Shown here in pieces: positions 62,923 through 64,000 of a DNA stretch of 64,000 nt. Position 1 is the first letter of the stretch. Each line of letters starts with the position of its first letter. The DNA is from an uncultured Burkholderiales bacterium (GTDB taxonomy: Bacteria > Actinomycetota > Acidimicrobiia > IMCC26256 > JACPCJ01): assembly GCA_964438505.1 (NCBI GenBank), contig CAYTKN010000017.1, forward strand, positions 331 through 64,330, given 5' to 3'. Made by a program: the position numbers and the translations under genes. The notes under the pieces are model-generated. The model saw nothing but the letters and a program-made list of their open reading frames with translations, had not been told where the DNA came from and made no database searches.

Positions 62923-63590
62923 CAGCCTTCACCTCCGCTGCTCGCAGCCGCCGTCGACGGCTTCTTCACGGCTTCCCGGACGAGGACGATCCCGCCGTTG
63001 GGGCCGGGCACGGACCCCCGCACGAGGAGCAGGTCGCGCTCCGCGTCGCCCTGCACCACCTCGAGGTTCAGCGTCGTCACCTTCTCGCGCCCCATGCGGC
63101 CGGGGAGCCGCTGGCCCCTGAACACCCGCGCCGGTGTGGCACAGGCCCCGACGGCTCCGGGCTTGCGGTGCACCTTGTGCACGCCGTGGCTCGAGCCCTG
63201 GCCCTTGAAGTTGTGGCGCTTGATCGTCCCGGCGAAGCCCTTGCCCTTCGAGATCCCGGTGACATCGACGACGTCACCGGCCTCGAACACGTCCGCCTTG
63301 ATCACCTGCCCGACCTCGAAGAGCGAAGGATCGAGGACCTTCAGCTCGGCGAGGTGGCGCGCCGCCTTCGAGCCGTGCGCCTTGAGGTGCCCGAGCTCGG
63401 GGCGGTTGAGCTTCTTCTCCGGCACCTCGCCGAAGCTGAGCTGCACCGCGGAGTAGCCGTCGCGCTCGGGGGTCTTGACCGCCACGACCTGACAGGGCCC
63501 CGCGTGGAGCACCGTCACGGGGACGACGTTGTGGTCGTCGTCCCACACCTGGGTCATGCCCAGCTTCTGTCCGAGGATTCCTCGTGCCAT
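62922..63590 (-). CDS. rplC: 50S ribosomal protein L3
   Basis: GQKLGMTQ, SKGKGFAG, GSVPG. Confidence 0.98.
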   Translation of the reverse strand: MARGILGQKLGMTQVWDDDHNVVPVTVLHAGPCQVVAVKTPERDGYSAVQLSFGEVPEKKLNRPELGHLKAHGSKAARHLAELKVLDPSLFEVGQVIKADVFEAGDVVDVTGISKGKGFAGTIKRHNFKGQGSSHGVHKVHRKPGAVGACATPARVFRGQRLPGRMGREKVTTLNLEVVQGDAERDLLLVRGSVPGPNGGIVLVREAVKKPSTAAASSGGEG

Positions 63591-63744
63591 CTCGCCGCTC
63601 TCAGGTGGTCTCCGCCGGCACGACCCGGCGGACCGTCCCCGTTCCGGATGTGCGCCCGGTACTTCCGTACCGGCATCCCGGCGGAGGATTCGGTTGTCGG
63701 TCTTCGGTCTTCTCAGGTCGGGAGGACCGACCGCAGGTCGGTCC

Positions 63745-64000
63745 TCAAGCGTGCTGGATCTTGATCTCGATGTCGATTCCGGCGGGCAGGTCGAGACGCT
63801 GGAGCGAGTCCACGGTCTTCGGGGTCGGCTCGACGATGTCGAGCAGCCGCTTGTGGATCCGCATCTCGAAGTGCTCGCGCGAGTCCTTGTCCTTGTGGGG
63901 CGACCGGATCACGCAGAACCGGTGGGTCTCGGTGGGCAACGGTACCGGGCCGCGGACCTTCGCCTGCGTCCGCACCACCGTCTCGACGATCTTCTTCGTC
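63745..64000 (-). CDS. rpsJ: 30S ribosomal protein S10 (start lies beyond the window)
   Basis: [27 protein letters not shown]. Confidence 0.98.
   Translation of the reverse strand, partial: TKKIVETVVRTQAKVRGPVPLPTETHRFCVIRSPHKDKDSREHFEMRIHKRLLDIVEPTPKTVDSLQRLDLPAGIDIEIKIQHA

Overview
High-GC actinobacterial chromosome segment; gene style and content fit Acidimicrobiia (inference). It is almost entirely conserved housekeeping DNA, mostly on the minus strand. From right to left: S10-spc-alpha ribosomal supercluster (rpsJ partial to rplQ), truA, rplM-rpsI, glmM-glmS-acpS-nnr-alr, udg-tsaE-tsaB-rimI-tsaD, a lone groES under a perfect CIRCE, guaB3-guaA-dtd, pcrA, acyl-CoA genes, sucCD, purN-purH-folD, icd-mdh and a partial class III adenylate cyclase/ATPase. 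I found no rRNA, tRNA, CRISPR array, mobile element or defence island. The most unusual signals are: a putative cell-envelope trio between sucD and purN; a lipase-fold protein with Asn in place of the catalytic Ser; probable CTG starts on infA and folD; an 18-bp tandem array before dtd; leaderless micro-ORFs; a degenerate Rieske-like protein; long acidic tails on uS3 and uL22; and a hairpin-rich rpsJ-rplC spacer. Start positions were refined by hand from RBS, -10 boxes and stop/start overlaps. No database searches were run.
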